Source: Psilocybe cubensis (lineage: Eukaryota). Taken from it: DNA of 64,000 bases. Position 1 is the first letter of the stretch; the number at the start of each line of letters is the position of its first letter. The stretch covers positions 682,001-746,000 of the forward strand of contig CM039000.1 of NCBI GenBank assembly GCA_017499595.2. Reading direction: 5' to 3'. Shown piece after piece: positions 36,537 through 50,707 of the stretch. The position numbers were made by a program, and so were the translations under genes. Under the pieces are notes generated by a model. It did no database searches. It was not told where the DNA came from and saw only the letters and a list, made by a program, of their open reading frames with translations.

Positions 36537-39009
36537 TTAATAGATATATGCAGAACAAGGAAGATGTTTTACATTTCTAAGAATAACCTGAAAGGTGAGT
36601 GGGTGTACATCCTCAAAGAGACATTCCCGTGAAATTCGAGCGATCAAGACCGTGTCCGGGAAGGTCTGCACCGCCTTGCAAAGGAAGCAAAACCAAGAAT
36701 ACAAAACATGAGAAGGCGTATTGGGCGCTTAAATTCCGTCGACATCTTCATATTCCTCCAGATGGCAGAGTAAGGGGCATGACTCATGCAAAAGTTGTTG
36801 ATACGTTTGCAACAAAATTTGAGGAATTTACCATTTTATTCGCTAAGAATGATTTTGAGTAGGACAACACTAATGGTACGGTGGTACCAAGAAACTTGCA
36901 TGCAACCTGAGCATGCAGCGGCGGACGCTGCCGTCGTGTGCATCGATGCCGAAAATGTTGTTGACGGCCGTCGGCGCGCGCCGTAACTTTGCTCTCCGAC
37001 GAGCTCCGACGCCTTGCATAGTAAATAAAGTACAACAAGTTCCGACCCTGCTCAGTCTCCAAAGGTGATACACTCATCAATATTTCAATGCTCATGGGCT
37101 TAGGACTCTCTGAGCAGCAGCAACCTTGAAAAACAACGAGTCGGTCAAATCTCACATCACTCTCTACGGGACTTACTATGCAGTGGACATATTTCTGACT
37201 CTCAAGCGTCGTAGTTTCATTCATGTCGATAAAGTAACCGATCTTCCGACGAGGCGCTCGATTCAAGTTGTTCTCGTGGCTCTCATAGTCAATTGAATAA
37301 CTGTCAATCTTGAAAGTGCGCTTCCTCAGGCCTTTCATGAAGTGTGTGTATGGCCATATTTTGTGACGGGATACTGTTGCGTTAGATGATTCACTTCAAA
37401 GTAGTTGCAGGACGGCCCTATGTGTATGCTCGCGGCTGGTCAGTTATAGCTAAACTATTCATCCAAGATCATGATTTGACTAATCAACATTGATTATAGG
37501 TCCCATATCTATAGATGTACATGCATTCTAGGTATCACAAAATCGGTTTTCTTTCTTTTTATGGGTTCGTGTTTGAGATTTATCGAGGTATGCCGTCTTG
37601 CTGGCTCAGCTGCGGAGACGACCCCCAATACTACTACCTGTCACCAAACAGCGGAGAAGATTCAGAAACAATAGACGGCTGTTTATACTAAGAACATTGC
37701 CTATGCAAAGCATCATCGTAATAGAAACAAGACCCACTCACCGTTCTCAATGCTACACAGGGTCATATACCCTCTGACATGTCCACGGCACCTTTATGTA
37801 CGTTTTTTACTCATTTCCGTGCCCATCTGCGCTGATAGAATCTCTGTCATGTCACTCCTCTGATTGCTTTCCCACCACTGACGAAACACGACTTGATTAC
37901 CCACATCTACTCAACGATGGCATACCTCCGAAAATGTTAGAAAATGCACACGGCTATCACTACAACAATGAATTTTGTGCATATATGGACCTAAGATACT
38001 CATGTCCGGCATCGATTCACACGGAAATCCTACGTGTTCGGAACCCTTCCAATCCTTTCAATCAAATTTTACGGATCGGCAGTAAAGGTCTTGATGATTC
38101 TGATTTTCGAGAACATCTGATATGGTGTTGAAAACACGACAGAACTTCGGGTGTGTTATCTTTGTTATCTTCATCCCTCCTTCCTCGAAACGGTGGCTAA
38201 CTTCTGTTGAAACTTGGGTAGGTATATTCAACGCACCCTGTACATGCACTGCGCCACGTCGACAGTGTGTCCAAAATTAGCAAAAGGCCCAAATAACTTC
38301 GGTGCCTTCGAACGATGATCATCTTGAACCAGCTATCAGGAAAACACTTCCACATGGCGAGGATGTGCGAGTGACAGATACTTTATTATCTTTCCAACAG
38401 CTGCTCATAGCGAGGGTGCTGTTTCATTTTCAGAGTTGATTGTAACGACGTTGGAGTAAGAGGCGATTTAACATTCCACGGAGTGGTACTTCCGTCAAAC
38501 TTCAACGGTACCCTGCGACCGCACATAGGGAATGCTGTCAACAAGCCAGCGATCATCATCATTGATGGCTTCATCTGTCCCACCAATCAGCTCTGGACCT
38601 CCTAAACCACGCCTGGCTGGCTGAAAGGCAAAGAATAGACTGATTGCAATTCGGAACGAGCTCGAACACCCGCAGAATCCGTGCGCGTCCTTCAAACATG
38701 ACAAGCATGGGAGGTTGGATGTCCGCCGTCCCGCGTTTTTTTCCTGCCTTCTCTACGGTTGTTCCTGGGGTCTCGAAGGGTGTTCTTTTCATCTCGTTGT
38801 TTGATCTGTGCCTGGTGCCAGGTTTTGGCGGGTGTATCGTGTAGGATCAATCAACATGAAGCTATTCGTGGCCGCATGCGTGGGCTGAGCTGTATGGGTG
38901 TATAAAGAGCCACCGTCGGCTCGATGGTTCTACGCGTTCGCCGAACGTGTCGTTCTTTCTTTCCCTTTGGTTTTTCATTTTGAGTCTTGGTGCCCCCCGA
39001 ACTGGCAAG

Positions 39010-40866
39010 ATGCCTTTTTCTTTCGCGTTGTTATTGGGTGGCGGTGGGGCGTTGTTGAGTTCTGTGAGACGCGTCTTGTTCGACGCGTCGCTCTCTGCTT
39101 ATCCATCTCTGTTTCCTAGCGCGTGGCCGCCCAAACTATTCCAGCTATTCCAGCAGTGTTACCTGTGAATTGGACGTCTGTGGGGTGCTTTAGGTCGATG
39201 AGAACTCCTTAATTTCCTCCCCAACCCATAGACTCATTTTATTCATTGTATTTTTAGTGACATCTCGACATCGCGTACTTTGGCTGCTACTTCATTGGTT
39301 CAAGACCCTATGACTATTGAGACTTGTATCAGTTTCTGTGACTCTGGCGGGTTTTTGTTCGCGGGAGTTGAATTCGGACGTACGTATCTCGTTCCAGTGA
39401 CGTGTAAAATGCATGTGCTGACTCTTCGTAGGGGTATGCATATACTTTATTTTCCTTAGGAGGTTATTGAATCTTTGCTATTTGACGTGCTTCAGGAATG
39501 CTGTAAGCCGTTGTCTATCAAGAATAGCTCAAACTTCGTGTACTAATTCGACGACACCTAGATTGCGATTCGACGATTCAAATTCCAAGTACGGCAGAAC
39601 CAGCGACAGATTGTAACATGGCATGCAGCGGGAATGCTAGCGAACTTTGTGGTGGACCTATCCGTCTAAACATCTTCCAAAGCAACAGGCCCCCTCCTGT
39701 TATCGTTCAGAACATTACAACTGGAACGGGTCTATGGACGTACCAAGGATGTTTCACGTTAGTCCTTTTCATCTGCGAGTTGCCTCGCATTGGATTCATT
39801 TTTATACTTATTGTAATTCTAGGGATTCTCCTCAGGCAAGAACTCTGGGAACAGGCGCGAACATCCCACTTGGTACGACTCCTGAATCTTGCGCTGCTGC
39901 ATGTTTGGCACAAGGCGGATTCACATTTGCGGGTGTTGAAAATGGACACGAATGCTGTACGTTTTTTCCCCTTTTTCTTCTAAGACGTTTACATGACACA
40001 CACACATCGTTGGTTCCTCATTCCTTACGCTTTTTGCCTTATTTTACACAGGGTGCGACAACACAGTCCATGCACCAACACAACGGGTCGGAGACGCAGA
40101 TTGCCGCCAAATCTGCCAGGTGAATCATGCTGAATACTGCGGGAATGCGAATCGCGTGGCGGTGTATGAGTTCTCGCCGACTGGGAAGCCGCCTGGTCCG
40201 CAAGTTTGTTTGGACACAAACTTGGCGAATTTTACGTTGAGGGCGCAGTTCAAGAACCCTCCCATTACTGGGCCATCTAGCGTTCCTCTCAAGGTTGTGG
40301 CTGTGGAAATTGTGAAGAATGTTGTGTGGACCGTTCTTTCTGTGCGTTTCTCTTCTCCCTATCGTTTCTGTTTAGTCTTGAAAAAATTTATCACGTAGGC
40401 ATGCACGACGTGCTGCTCGGAATGGCCGTCCATCAGCCTCTCGAACTCGATTATCAGCCCGCATTCAGTAGTTGTTTCAACTCAGCAAATGACATCTACT
40501 TTTACAAATGACGGTGAATCTCCTAACTTTGTTGCTTCTGTACCTGCATTCGCAGGCTCTCAGGCATACTGCACCATGGTAAGTACATTCCTTCTCTTTC
40601 TACGATCGATCGGCAAAATCTCAGAACTATTAATCGTTTTAAATTTTAATTTCTGACAATTCTTCCTTTTTTCCGTTTAGACCGATCCTACGGCCCCCGT
40701 CGGCAGCCCACCGATTCTGGCCTTTAATGGACAAGCCAATGCGTTTTCTCTTTGCACCAATACGAGTGCTAACGCACGTGTGGATCTTGTCTTCTCTCCT
40801 GTCACAGGTCACCCACACTACACCCTGGATACTTGCCAACCTGTAAATGTCCAGGTAATCACATAA
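39010..40866 (+). CDS. Secreted protein with two WSC carbohydrate-binding domains and a Cys-containing C-terminal domain
   Basis: Spliced: MPFSFALLLGGGGALLSSRVAAQ...WTSVGCFSD...MTIETCISFC...FAGVEFGRECYCD...CNMACSGNASELCGG...WTYQGCFTD...ESCAAAC...FAGVENGHECWCDN...CRQICQVNHAEYCGNANR...CQPVNVQVIT*. Two canonical WSC Cys patterns. Confidence 0.9.
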
Positions 40867-41878
40867 ATCTTAGGCTTCACGTAGAAAATTCCTGCGGGAA
40901 AGAACATGTTTCACACTGAAGGTTCACGAGAACTTCTAGACATTCTTTTTCAGATTTTTTGTAGGTGATGGTAGTTGAACACGTTCGTTACTTTTTTATC
41001 TCTGCTCTCTATGCTAAATTTTCGCCTACGTGTATCGCATACCCCGTTGTATATCTGTAGTTTTATTAAAAATGGTATACCCCATGAAAGTGTTGTTCCT
41101 AAACGCCATTTAATCTCCGTTCCTTCAAGCCTTGCTCAAGGCTTACCATATCATCAATTTTTTTTCAATTTTCAAACTGGTTGGACAGATACATCCGGAC
41201 CCACAACGTACAAGACAAGCCCAGACCCCCAGACCGGATGCTCGGGAGGCGGCATCATCGTCTACATCGTTGAGCCATCGGATGTTGTGGGCCATATCCG
41301 CGTCGGAACCCGTCCGGGGTCGCATGAATCGGCATGATGACCGTGATGGAACGCACAATCCCCGCAATTTCATGTTCTGTTCGCCTCCTCACTCTTTTCT
41401 TGACCGTTCTTGTCGTGGATTGTGCATCTTGCTCTGCTTAACGAATAGGAGAATTGGGAGAATACCTAAGATTGGCCAAGGCCGCGTAAAGCGTATTTGG
41501 ATCCGGTGCCGGGAACAATGACGACGCCGATTTCGGAGGGGTTCCAAAACTGAACGGATATTCAATGTTCATTCGGCGCATGCATCCTTTTCTATTCTTT
41601 TCTGATGTGGCAAGGTATACAGAAGAGGTTTAATCTTAGCCGCAGAAATGACATTGTCATGCGCAATCCTGCGCAATCGCAGTCCGAATCCGCCGTACAA
41701 GAGCGACAAGGAGCGTATAAAATAGGCGTTGATTGCAAATTGATTATATCCCCCGAACCCCACTTCCCCGCATTTCCGCTATCAATCACCTTAGAGGAGC
41801 TCCGTCATGGCATCGCAAGACGTGTGGGTCCGCCTCTTTTAACTCTTACGCATTCCCGGCGTCTCATCATCTTCCCCG

Positions 41879-44800
41879 ATGGCTTCCTCTACTGAATTCT
41901 CTGACAGGAAACCATCGAATCGGACGCTGGCATATCAAGACAAGCTACCCAAGCTACCGATACCCGCCCTCGAAGACACTTGTAGTCGGTACCTCCGTGC
42001 ACTTGAGGGCTTGCAGGATGAGAAGGAGCACGAAATCACTAAAGCAGCGGTCAAGGAATTCCTGGAAACAGATGGCCCCAAGCTGCATGCTATGTTGCAG
42101 GAATACGCCAAAGACAAGGCGAGGTGAGTTGTCCGTAGATCTGAGTAGGGGATGACACTGATCTCGCATCTAGTTACATCGAGGAATTCTGGTAGATGAA
42201 GTTGCTTGTGACGTGCTTGTATTGGTGTTGACTCGTGGAATGATTCAGGTACGAATCATACCTCTCGCACAGCGATCCCGTTGTACTTGCCTTAAACCCT
42301 TTCTTCGTTCTCGAGTAAGAACCGTTTCCTTGATATACAATACGTTTATTGGTACTGATAAATACATTAGGAATGACCCAACACCGGATCGCGGTACCCA
42401 GCTTCCTCGAGCCGCATCTCTCATTGTTTCTTCTCTCGGTTTCATCCATGACCTGCGGGCAGGCATTCTTGAACCAGACAACGTCCGCGGCATCCCTCTC
42501 GATATGGACCAATATTCTCGCCTTTTTGGAACCTCCAGAATACCCACAGATGTACGCCCACGTCCTCTTTCATCACCATGAGTGTTGTGGCTTACAATGT
42601 TCTTATTATAGCGAGGATGCAGGATGGAAGTTCATTCGGAATCTAGACATATTGTCGTTCTTCGAAGAGGCCAATTCTGTATGTTTTTTGTTATAAATAA
42701 CAAAAGGAAGAGTCACGGCTAATAGTCTATATCCAAGATTGGTTCGATGTTCTCGACGAAGATAATCTACCAGTCTTGACGGAACGGGAAGTGTTGCGCA
42801 ATTTGCAGGCAATTGTGTCCGACGCTGATAAAACAGATAAATCGAAGGTGACTATTGGTTCCTTTTACAGGCTTCTTTTTCTCATCCAATTATGACGCAA
42901 ACAGGTAGCTAGAGGTGCTATTGGAGTCCTATCAACAGAAAATCGGAAAGTGTGGTCTGGCCTACGCGGCATGCTTGCAAAGGACAAGAACAACAAATCA
43001 TGTCTTGATATCGTAGACAACGCACTCTTTGTTGTTTGCCTTGACGATGCTGCCCCGGAATCTCTGGCTGATCTTTGCAGTAACTTCTTGTGCGGAACAT
43101 ACAATCTCCAAGAAGGAGAACAAGTAGGAACTTGCACTAATCGCTGGTACGATAAAGTGAGTTCTTTTCGATGAATATCCACGTAATGTGACGCTAACCG
43201 TATAATCCGCAAGCTTCAAATCATCGTATGTGCTGATGGGGCAGCTGGAATCAACTTCGAACATACAGGAGTCGATGGACACACTGTTTTGCGGTTAGTC
43301 ATTCCTGACCTTGTTCGAATTGCCCGTGTTCTAACCCTATCGCCGTTTTCAGATTTGCTGCTGACATATTCACCGAAGGACTTATGCTTCTGGCCAGATC
43401 CATCAACCCATCCGCTCCGACACTCTTCCACGCTCCACTTTCCCCGCGAGCAAGAGCATATAAACCCCCTCGTGGTGGTCAGAGTAAGTGTCTTCGTAAA
43501 AATAAATTCGCCATGAAACTTATGTCTAGTTGCCTCTAGAATCTCCTATTCACACCGAGAAGATTGACACGACGCCCAAGAAGCTTGAATGGAACTTGAC
43601 ACCTGAGCTGCGTGCCGGTGTGCGATATGCAGAGACTCGGATCAGCGATCTGATTTGCCAGAACGATTGCCAGGCCCTCGAATTCAAGGGATACGGGAAG
43701 AACTTTATCACTAGTCATGGGTTGAGTCCCGATGCCTTTGTCCAAATGGCCTTCCAGGCGGCGTATTTTGGGCTGTATGGTAGGTGAATATTTTGTTTTC
43801 AACGCTTTGGGTGTTGATATACCTTTTGCATCAAGGCCGAACGGAATGTGTCTACGAGCCCGCGATGACCAAAGCTTTCTTGCATGGTCGTACGGAAGCC
43901 ATCCGCTCCGTCCAACCGGAGAGTGTACACTTTACGAAGGTGAATAACTTTCTTTCCTGCCCGTTGAATGGTGCTTGAAATGTTTTTATCATTTCAGACA
44001 TTCTATTCTGAAGCTTCGCCATCTCAAAAAGTGGCTGCGCTTCGCAAGGCGTGTGATACCCATGTCAAACTGACTAAAGCATGCAGTCAAGGATTGGGCC
44101 AGGACAGGTAAGTTCAACATTACCTTAACTTTGTCTCTTTGGAAACCAACGTCCTTTGTTTCTCTGAATTCAGACACCTATATGCGATTTACTGCCTCAT
44201 TCAACGACAACTGCAGAACAAGACGGAATCAGAACCTAATGGTATTGTTCCTTCCTCGCCATCTCCGCCCCCTTCGTACAAGATCGACAAGATGCCCGCC
44301 ATTTTTACCGATCACGGATGGGCACTCCTCGGGACGAGCATCCTGTCAACATCAAATTGCGGTAACCCTGCCCTAAGGTTGTTCGGATTCGGACCTGTAG
44401 CTGCTGAAGGTTATGGAATCGGGTACATCATCAAAGAGGATGGCATTTCCATGTATGCTTCTTGTTAACCTCAATTTTTGGAAAGCGAACCCCTGATTGA
44501 TCAATCTTGCAGTTGCGCTTCATCGAAACATCTTCAGACTCGTCGGTTCTTGGATACACTGCAGGGATACCTCCTCGAGATCCAGCGGCAGCTCATTCAG
44601 CTGCATAGGTCAGCCAATCAGCGTCCTGCGCCGTTCGTCGACCATCTAGGAATTTTGCGTGATTCGAAGACGGGTAGGCCTATCCATGGTGCCACGTCCG
44701 ATCCGGGGTCATCTGATGAGGAAGAAGTTGCCCTTCGTGAGTTTTATCATTGATGTTTCGTTTTCGAATCAGTTTGGCCTGATGAGGGTTCATTGCAGCT

Positions 44801-44966
44801 GGATACTCGTTCTTTGATAGTGGAGAGGTCGCACTTTTGGGGCGAAAGAAGAAGTCGCCGTTTTCCGATATCGGTATGTTTCTTTATTGTAATCGTGTGG
44901 TTTTATGTGGCTAAGAAGGATTTGGCTGCTCTTATAGGCAAAGTTATACCACTGGCGGAGTACTGA
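41879..44966 (+). CDS. YAT1: Carnitine O-acetyltransferase (choline/carnitine acyltransferase family), YAT1-like
   Basis: Motifs LPKLPIPALEDT, SYIEEFW, PVVLALNPFF, NRWYDK, INFEHTGVDGHT, SPDAFVQMAFQAAY, YEPAMTKAFLHGRTE, GQDRHLY, LSTSNCG, FGFGPVAAEGYGIGY across many short introns. Confidence 0.92.
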
Positions 44967-45469
44967 TGGATGTATGATACGAAGATGAAGATGAAGAAGC
45001 GAAATTGTTGGAACTTGGGAATTTCATTCAGTCACGCCTGATACCTGTTGTACTTGTACTCCACTCACGTCTATTTCTGTCACATGTCCTACTCACATTT
45101 ACCCTGTAAAGCAACCTGTAAATCTTCAGCCTCTCAAATGCCTTATTGGCATCAGAACTTGTGTTGTCTACGCGATAAAATCCAGAGAGAATCAAGAAGG
45201 GGATAATGAAGTAATGCGTAATGCCTGATAATACCCGAAAGCCGCAGTCCCAAAAGCTGAGAAACAAATGCCACAGGCCGAGAAGAAGTCTACCAAGGAA
45301 CAAATCGGCATGGACTCGGTTCTCGGAGGTCAAGTCAAGGAAAAGTCAAGGGGTTGCAGGTGGTAACGATTTCACTCTCATCGACAATCTGATTTGTCTT
45401 GGCATTGTTCTTGCTTTAAATACAACGACTTGGTTGTCATCCATCGCATCCCTCTCTTGATCGCCTAAC

Positions 45470-48400
45470 ATGGCACCTAACCTCACGAACACGCTTCTGC
45501 TCATTACGTTCCTCGTCGTCTTGCTCCCTGTAGAGACCTATGCTTTCGGAGCTGGAGATATTCCGGACTTTGCTTATCTTAACGGTATGTTCTGTCTAAT
45601 CTTTCCATCCAAGTCCTTTATCATTGATCACGATTTTCTCAAATTGTCTGCCTCACAATGTCTTTACAGATAAAGCGTTCCGACATGGAGATATTGAAAA
45701 TATTTTGGAAACTTTGGCGAAATCGGCTGGTGGAGCCGCCGTTGGCTCAGGACTTTTTGGAAAGTTTGCGTCCTCTTTGATCGACCGCGTAAAGGGTGGA
45801 TCGAACTTCAGCAAAAGCGATATCAAGAAAGTGTATTTTGTGAGACTTTACTTTTAGAAACGATGCCACCGAGGCAGGCGCTTACCTGTATGGTGCAGGG
45901 AAATTGGCTTAGAGATTATTCTCAGGTTTGTTTGTTCATTTTTTCTGTGATGATTTTAGGCTAACTTGATCTTGAAGGCTATGGACATCGCTGGACTTAG
46001 CAAACTGACGGCTGATACCCTTGTTCTTGTCGTCTCTGTTCTCGGCTTCATGGTGAGGCATTACACCCATCCTTTTTTCTACGCTGTTGACGGCGACCTT
46101 CTCTAGACCTTCGGCTTCGCTTCCGAGGAGTATGAAGTTACCGCAGATCGGCTCGGGGTATACCTTCCTGTGGTATGTTTTTGGCGCTTCCCGTGTTTCT
46201 TAGTTTCTAAAAAATCACAGGAACATATAGATAATCCCAAGTAGGCGTCTAGAGACATGATGTTTTGACCAAATCTTGACAAATCACTCTATCTATAGAG
46301 GATACGCTGAAGCTGAAGGAGATGCTCGACAGTTCCACCCAAAACTTCGTCCTCCTGTCGATCCTCGCGAGCTGGAAATTGATGAGAATACGGGAATGAA
46401 GGTTAGTTATAAATTACCATGACTCGCCATGTTTTTTTTTTTTTACTTACGATTCGAAGAAATATATTGCTACAGAAAATCAGGGATGGGACACATCAAC
46501 CGCGTTTATTCGACGAACTCTGGAGGCATGCATTGAGTACGGAAGGCGCTCAGGGGGAGAGGAAGGTCCCGACTTGTGGGAGGCGTATCGTCTCCTCGGC
46601 ACAGGTCTTCATACATTGGAAGATTTACTCGCTCATAGTAATTGGTGTGAGCTTGCCCTGCGTAAGATGGGACACAGTAATATTTTCTGCCATGTTGGAG
46701 ACAATGGTTCGCTCTAAGCTTTGACGTTGGGTTGCTTTGATGTTGATTGTTAAAATCTAGTCATCATCGAAACACCCAATGGACCAGCCCCTCCTCTTGT
46801 AACTGGGACCTTTGGGAGTGAGCCTTTTTTTGTCTACTATATGACTTTTGTCGCTGATATCATATCAATGAAGGTGCTGATTTCTTGCATTCTCTGTTGG
46901 GAGAGGCTGGAGAGTCGGTATCAGATTTTTACTGACATAATTGCCTTACTTACAACCCCATGATCAGCAAATTGAGCCAGGCCAGCGTCACAGACCTTTC
47001 CGCAAAGATAAACAACGTACGTACAACTTCAAAGCACATGACCAATACCCCGCTAACTCTCGTCGGACAGAGTTCGCAAGAAGATATTGGGCCTAAAATC
47101 GAGACCATCAAAAAGATCATCGGTATGTTTGGAGGTGGCGAGGACGATAAGATCAACCAGGGAGAAGAGATCAAACAGCAAGCCAAGGCATACGACTTTG
47201 ATCCCGATAACATCGCCCCTCCTGAAGTTCAGAAGCAACTTCTGGACCTTCTTAAATGGCATGATGACATTATGAGAGATATAACCAAAAAGATTGAAAT
47301 GGTTCCTGGCCTTTCCAATATGTTGGAGGAGTTGTCCAATGCGATGAATGAATGTAAGCTTTTGCTTGTGGCACGGTCAGCAGAATTTGACGCTTGTCAT
47401 AGATGTGTATACCGTTCTCGCTCCATATATTGGCGTATGTACTGATTCGTTTTTCCGTGTCCATTTTGGTGCTAACTATTGTTATACAGCCTATTTTGAG
47501 CCAGGCAACGTCTGTTCTCGACGAAGGCAGCAAAGCCGTGATTGATAATGAGGACCAATACGAGGTACGTCTCAGTTAAGTGCTGATGTCGTAAAAATTC
47601 TGATCTTCATAGGTCTTTGATAATCCCGACGCTCATGACCCTTCTCACAGCTTGCTCTCAAAGGTTTGTCAATTTCAATAGGCTCAAAAGAAACATCTAA
47701 CGGTTATATTTTAGGATCATTTTGGGTTGATCCTTAACGAACCTGCTGGAAAGATCGCTCAGATTGTTGTAGAAAATAGCGTCAACTTGATTGTTCAGGC
47801 ATGGAGCAATGATGAAAATCCCAACCGGACTATCGACAAAGTGCGCTTTATTTTTTACAGATAAGTAAAACAATACTGATGTGCTGCTCAGATTCTCGAA
47901 GCCTTCCACCACCCCTACTATGCAACTGGTCGATCCGAGATCCAGAACAGAATGTTCGATCATATGGAAAGATGGATTGGTGAGCTTGGTGACGACGCAG
48001 ATATAATTCTAGACTCTTTAACCAAGGTTTGTGCAACATATGTCTTCTCTTGCTCGAATTTATATATAACAAAAATGTTATTCAGGAGAGCGTTCGTGAT
48101 CACAAGAACAAACGACCAGGATTGAATGACACAGAGGAAGCTGGCTACGGCGGGTGTGGCCACGGAAGTGCGCCCAGTCGAAGGCCTTCTTACCAGGTTT
48201 CCGAAGAGAGTGAAACGCAGGAGTATTCCAGCCGGGACTATGGGTCAAGATCCTACGGCGAACCAACCTACGGTGGCGGAAATTATGAGAGGCCTGACTA
48301 CGGTGATGCCTCGGAGTACCAGGAAGGTGGAGGTTACCAGTCGCAATACAGGGTTGATCATTTCTTAGAGGGATATGCACCAAGTTACGATGCCCCTCCT

Positions 48401-48514
48401 TCGGGGTACGAGTCAGGCTATGGAGGCGACGATACATTCGGAGCAGAGAACCTGAATATTAGCGAAGACCGATATCGTCGCTCGGATGATGATAATGGAG
48501 AATACTATGAGTAA
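45470..48514 (+). CDS. het-c: Het-C domain (heterokaryon-incompatibility Het-C family) protein with signal peptide and G/Y/S-rich tail
   Basis: AFGAGDIP, FRHGDIE, VYFGNWLRDYSQAMD, EHIDNPKGY, GTGLHTLEDLLAHSNWCEL, PLVTGTFG, DPSHSLLSKDHF and FHHP are hallmark Het-C motifs. Confidence 0.92.
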
Positions 48515-48871
48515 AGAGGTACTACAAGTATTTATTGCAGGACTTGGTCCGAAAATCCTGCTCAATTCCTGTCTCTGTTATTTGTCCCTCAGGAAGGGTT
48601 TACGGACATGAACCAAAATGTTGAGGGTAAAGTGCAGTGTTGTAATTATACCACCGTTGAGTTACATACTAGAGATCAATCAGTCGTTATTAACAAGATT
48701 CAAGTCAACAGACTGCTAGGCTTTCGTTCTCTTCTTTTCTCAGTTTGTTCGGGCCACACCCGGAATTTACCGGTAGATACTGTTCCGTGTTACGTACACT
48801 GACAGAAGAGCTTGTACTTCAGCCGCATTAGCACCACCAACTATTATCAGTACCGCTCTCCTCTCGACCCA

Positions 48872-50392
48872 ATGCACGCATCAGCCTTGAGTCTCCCGAT
48901 AGAATTATTGTATTTTATTTTTGAACATCTCCAAAATCAAACACAGGAGGAGCCCAACGACCTACTCGCGGAAATTGTCGTATCACACGTCTGCTCTGCC
49001 TGGCGATCGATAGCGATAGGATATCCCAGGTTCTGGTCATGGTACGCATATCGCCACGAGAAAAGGCATAAACAGGAATTAGAGCGACTTGTCGTTTATC
49101 TCGAACGATCTTGCAACCATCCTCTGTATTTGTGGTTCGTACTCCGGTCATATCTCCCTGGCCCACGTATCCTCCACCCAAGGGCACACTCCGATACCAA
49201 AGAATCAAGAGCAATTTCTCTAATCCAGAAAGCCACAAAGCACGCTCGCAGATGGCGTTGTATCTCAATCGACATTCGAGGGGCGGAAGAATCCTATCAA
49301 AGATCGTCGAGTTTCTTCTCGCCTCTACAAAATCTATCTTTCCCAGAACTGGAGACCTTTGAGGTGTATGTGCCACGCTTATTGTACAGTGCTTACTTAG
49401 ACGACTTGTTTGGTGGTGAACTGGCGACTCCTAAGCTGTGGTTTGTTCGCATAGACCCCATCTCTTCTCTGCATTTCAATCCACCACACAGTATCACAAC
49501 ACTCGAGTTACATTGGGAGTACGGCGACCCATACCCATTAATGCCCGAATTCCTCGAAGTATTATTGGAAATCATGGCCTCTCCAATGTTGACGACCGTA
49601 TCCATAATTGGAGAAATGTTCGATGATGCATGCACTACCGGGTTTCTGTCAAAGAGGAAACGGTTTTCTACTTCTATCAAAAACCTTCGGTGCAGTAGCT
49701 CTATATTCTCGAGCGCTATATTTCGTCATTTTCAGTTCCCTCGGCTGGAAATGCTGTTCTTGCAGGAGATTGTCCTCAGGAGAATATTTAATTTCCGACC
49801 AATCGACCCGATTTTGAAGATCTTTCCTAGACTACGAACTCTTATTCTCCTCAACTGCTACAGCCTCACTCGAGAATGCATAATTTCTCTCGCCCAATAC
49901 ACGCAGAATGTGAAGCATCTATACATCCTTCAAGATCCGGCGCTATTAATAGGAGTGCATCTAGTTGACTATGAAGAAAGATCGGTGTTCTTCGCGATAG
50001 TCGACGAGAAGATCCTTTCCAATACAACTATATGGCCTGATCTTGACACCGTAATGTTCTCTACACCATTACCACATGTTATCTCCTCGGAACAAGTTGC
50101 ATCATGCATCGACATTGTCCAGATCCGGAAAAAACAATGTATGCTCCGCATCCCCAGGTATAACGCGAAGTACTGGGAATCAGAAGACCCTGTACTGTGG
50201 GCGTCATTTTCGGATACAGGAAAGCTCGAGATAATTCCTGTCGACGCCAACAAATCGATAGGCCGCTGGTTGCCTTGGCCTTCGCGAAAGCTTCAAGGGA
50301 TTAAACGTCTCGCTGACATCTACAATGGAGATCCATTCTTGCGTCCTATTGATTCTAGTCTTGAAGACTATGATAGCAGTGGCAATTCTTAG
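48872..50392 (+). CDS. F-box-like domain protein (agaricomycete F-box/LRR-like), intronless, paralog A
   Basis: LSLPIELLYFIFEH...VSHVCSAWRSIAIGYPRFWS, then YLERSCNHPL and RRWRCISI; LxxLxL repeats. First ATG is at 48872 (the ORF track starts at a TTG). Confidence 0.88.
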   Translation: MHASALSLPIELLYFIFEHLQNQTQEEPNDLLAEIVVSHVCSAWRSIAIGYPRFWSWYAYRHEKRHKQELERLVVYLERSCNHPLYLWFVLRSYLPGPRILHPRAHSDTKESRAISLIQKATKHARRWRCISIDIRGAEESYQRSSSFFSPLQNLSFPELETFEVYVPRLLYSAYLDDLFGGELATPKLWFVRIDPISSLHFNPPHSITTLELHWEYGDPYPLMPEFLEVLLEIMASPMLTTVSIIGEMFDDACTTGFLSKRKRFSTSIKNLRCSSSIFSSAIFRHFQFPRLEMLFLQEIVLRRIFNFRPIDPILKIFPRLRTLILLNCYSLTRECIISLAQYTQNVKHLYILQDPALLIGVHLVDYEERSVFFAIVDEKILSNTTIWPDLDTVMFSTPLPHVISSEQVASCIDIVQIRKKQCMLRIPRYNAKYWESEDPVLWASFSDTGKLEIIPVDANKSIGRWLPWPSRKLQGIKRLADIYNGDPFLRPIDSSLEDYDSSGNS

Positions 50393-50707
50393 GAAATTCG
50401 TGCTACCATGACATCTGGGTTGATACCCAGATCCCGATTGCTGAGGTTAGCATATAACTTTGCTGCTTCCCCACCCGCTATATATCAATTTTAATTGCTT
50501 GTCACTAGGATTGTCCTGATCTCCCAAGCCAAGTTGACAGAAGACGCATGAATAGAAATGATGTGGATGTAACCCATCCACATGAAAAAAGCATTCCAAT
50601 TTTGAGAAAAAGTAGAAGCGAACAAACAAGTAATACAAAAAACGATCCAAGAAAATACACGAAATCAAGCCGGAGTCCAAACAAAAGAAATCGAAAATAC
50701 ACTAAAT

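Noticed and set aside
36784-38844. 184-aa and several shorter ORFs between the MITE pair and the WSC gene
   Set aside because: No recognisable domain or consistent splice model; possibly decayed genes, but unsupported.
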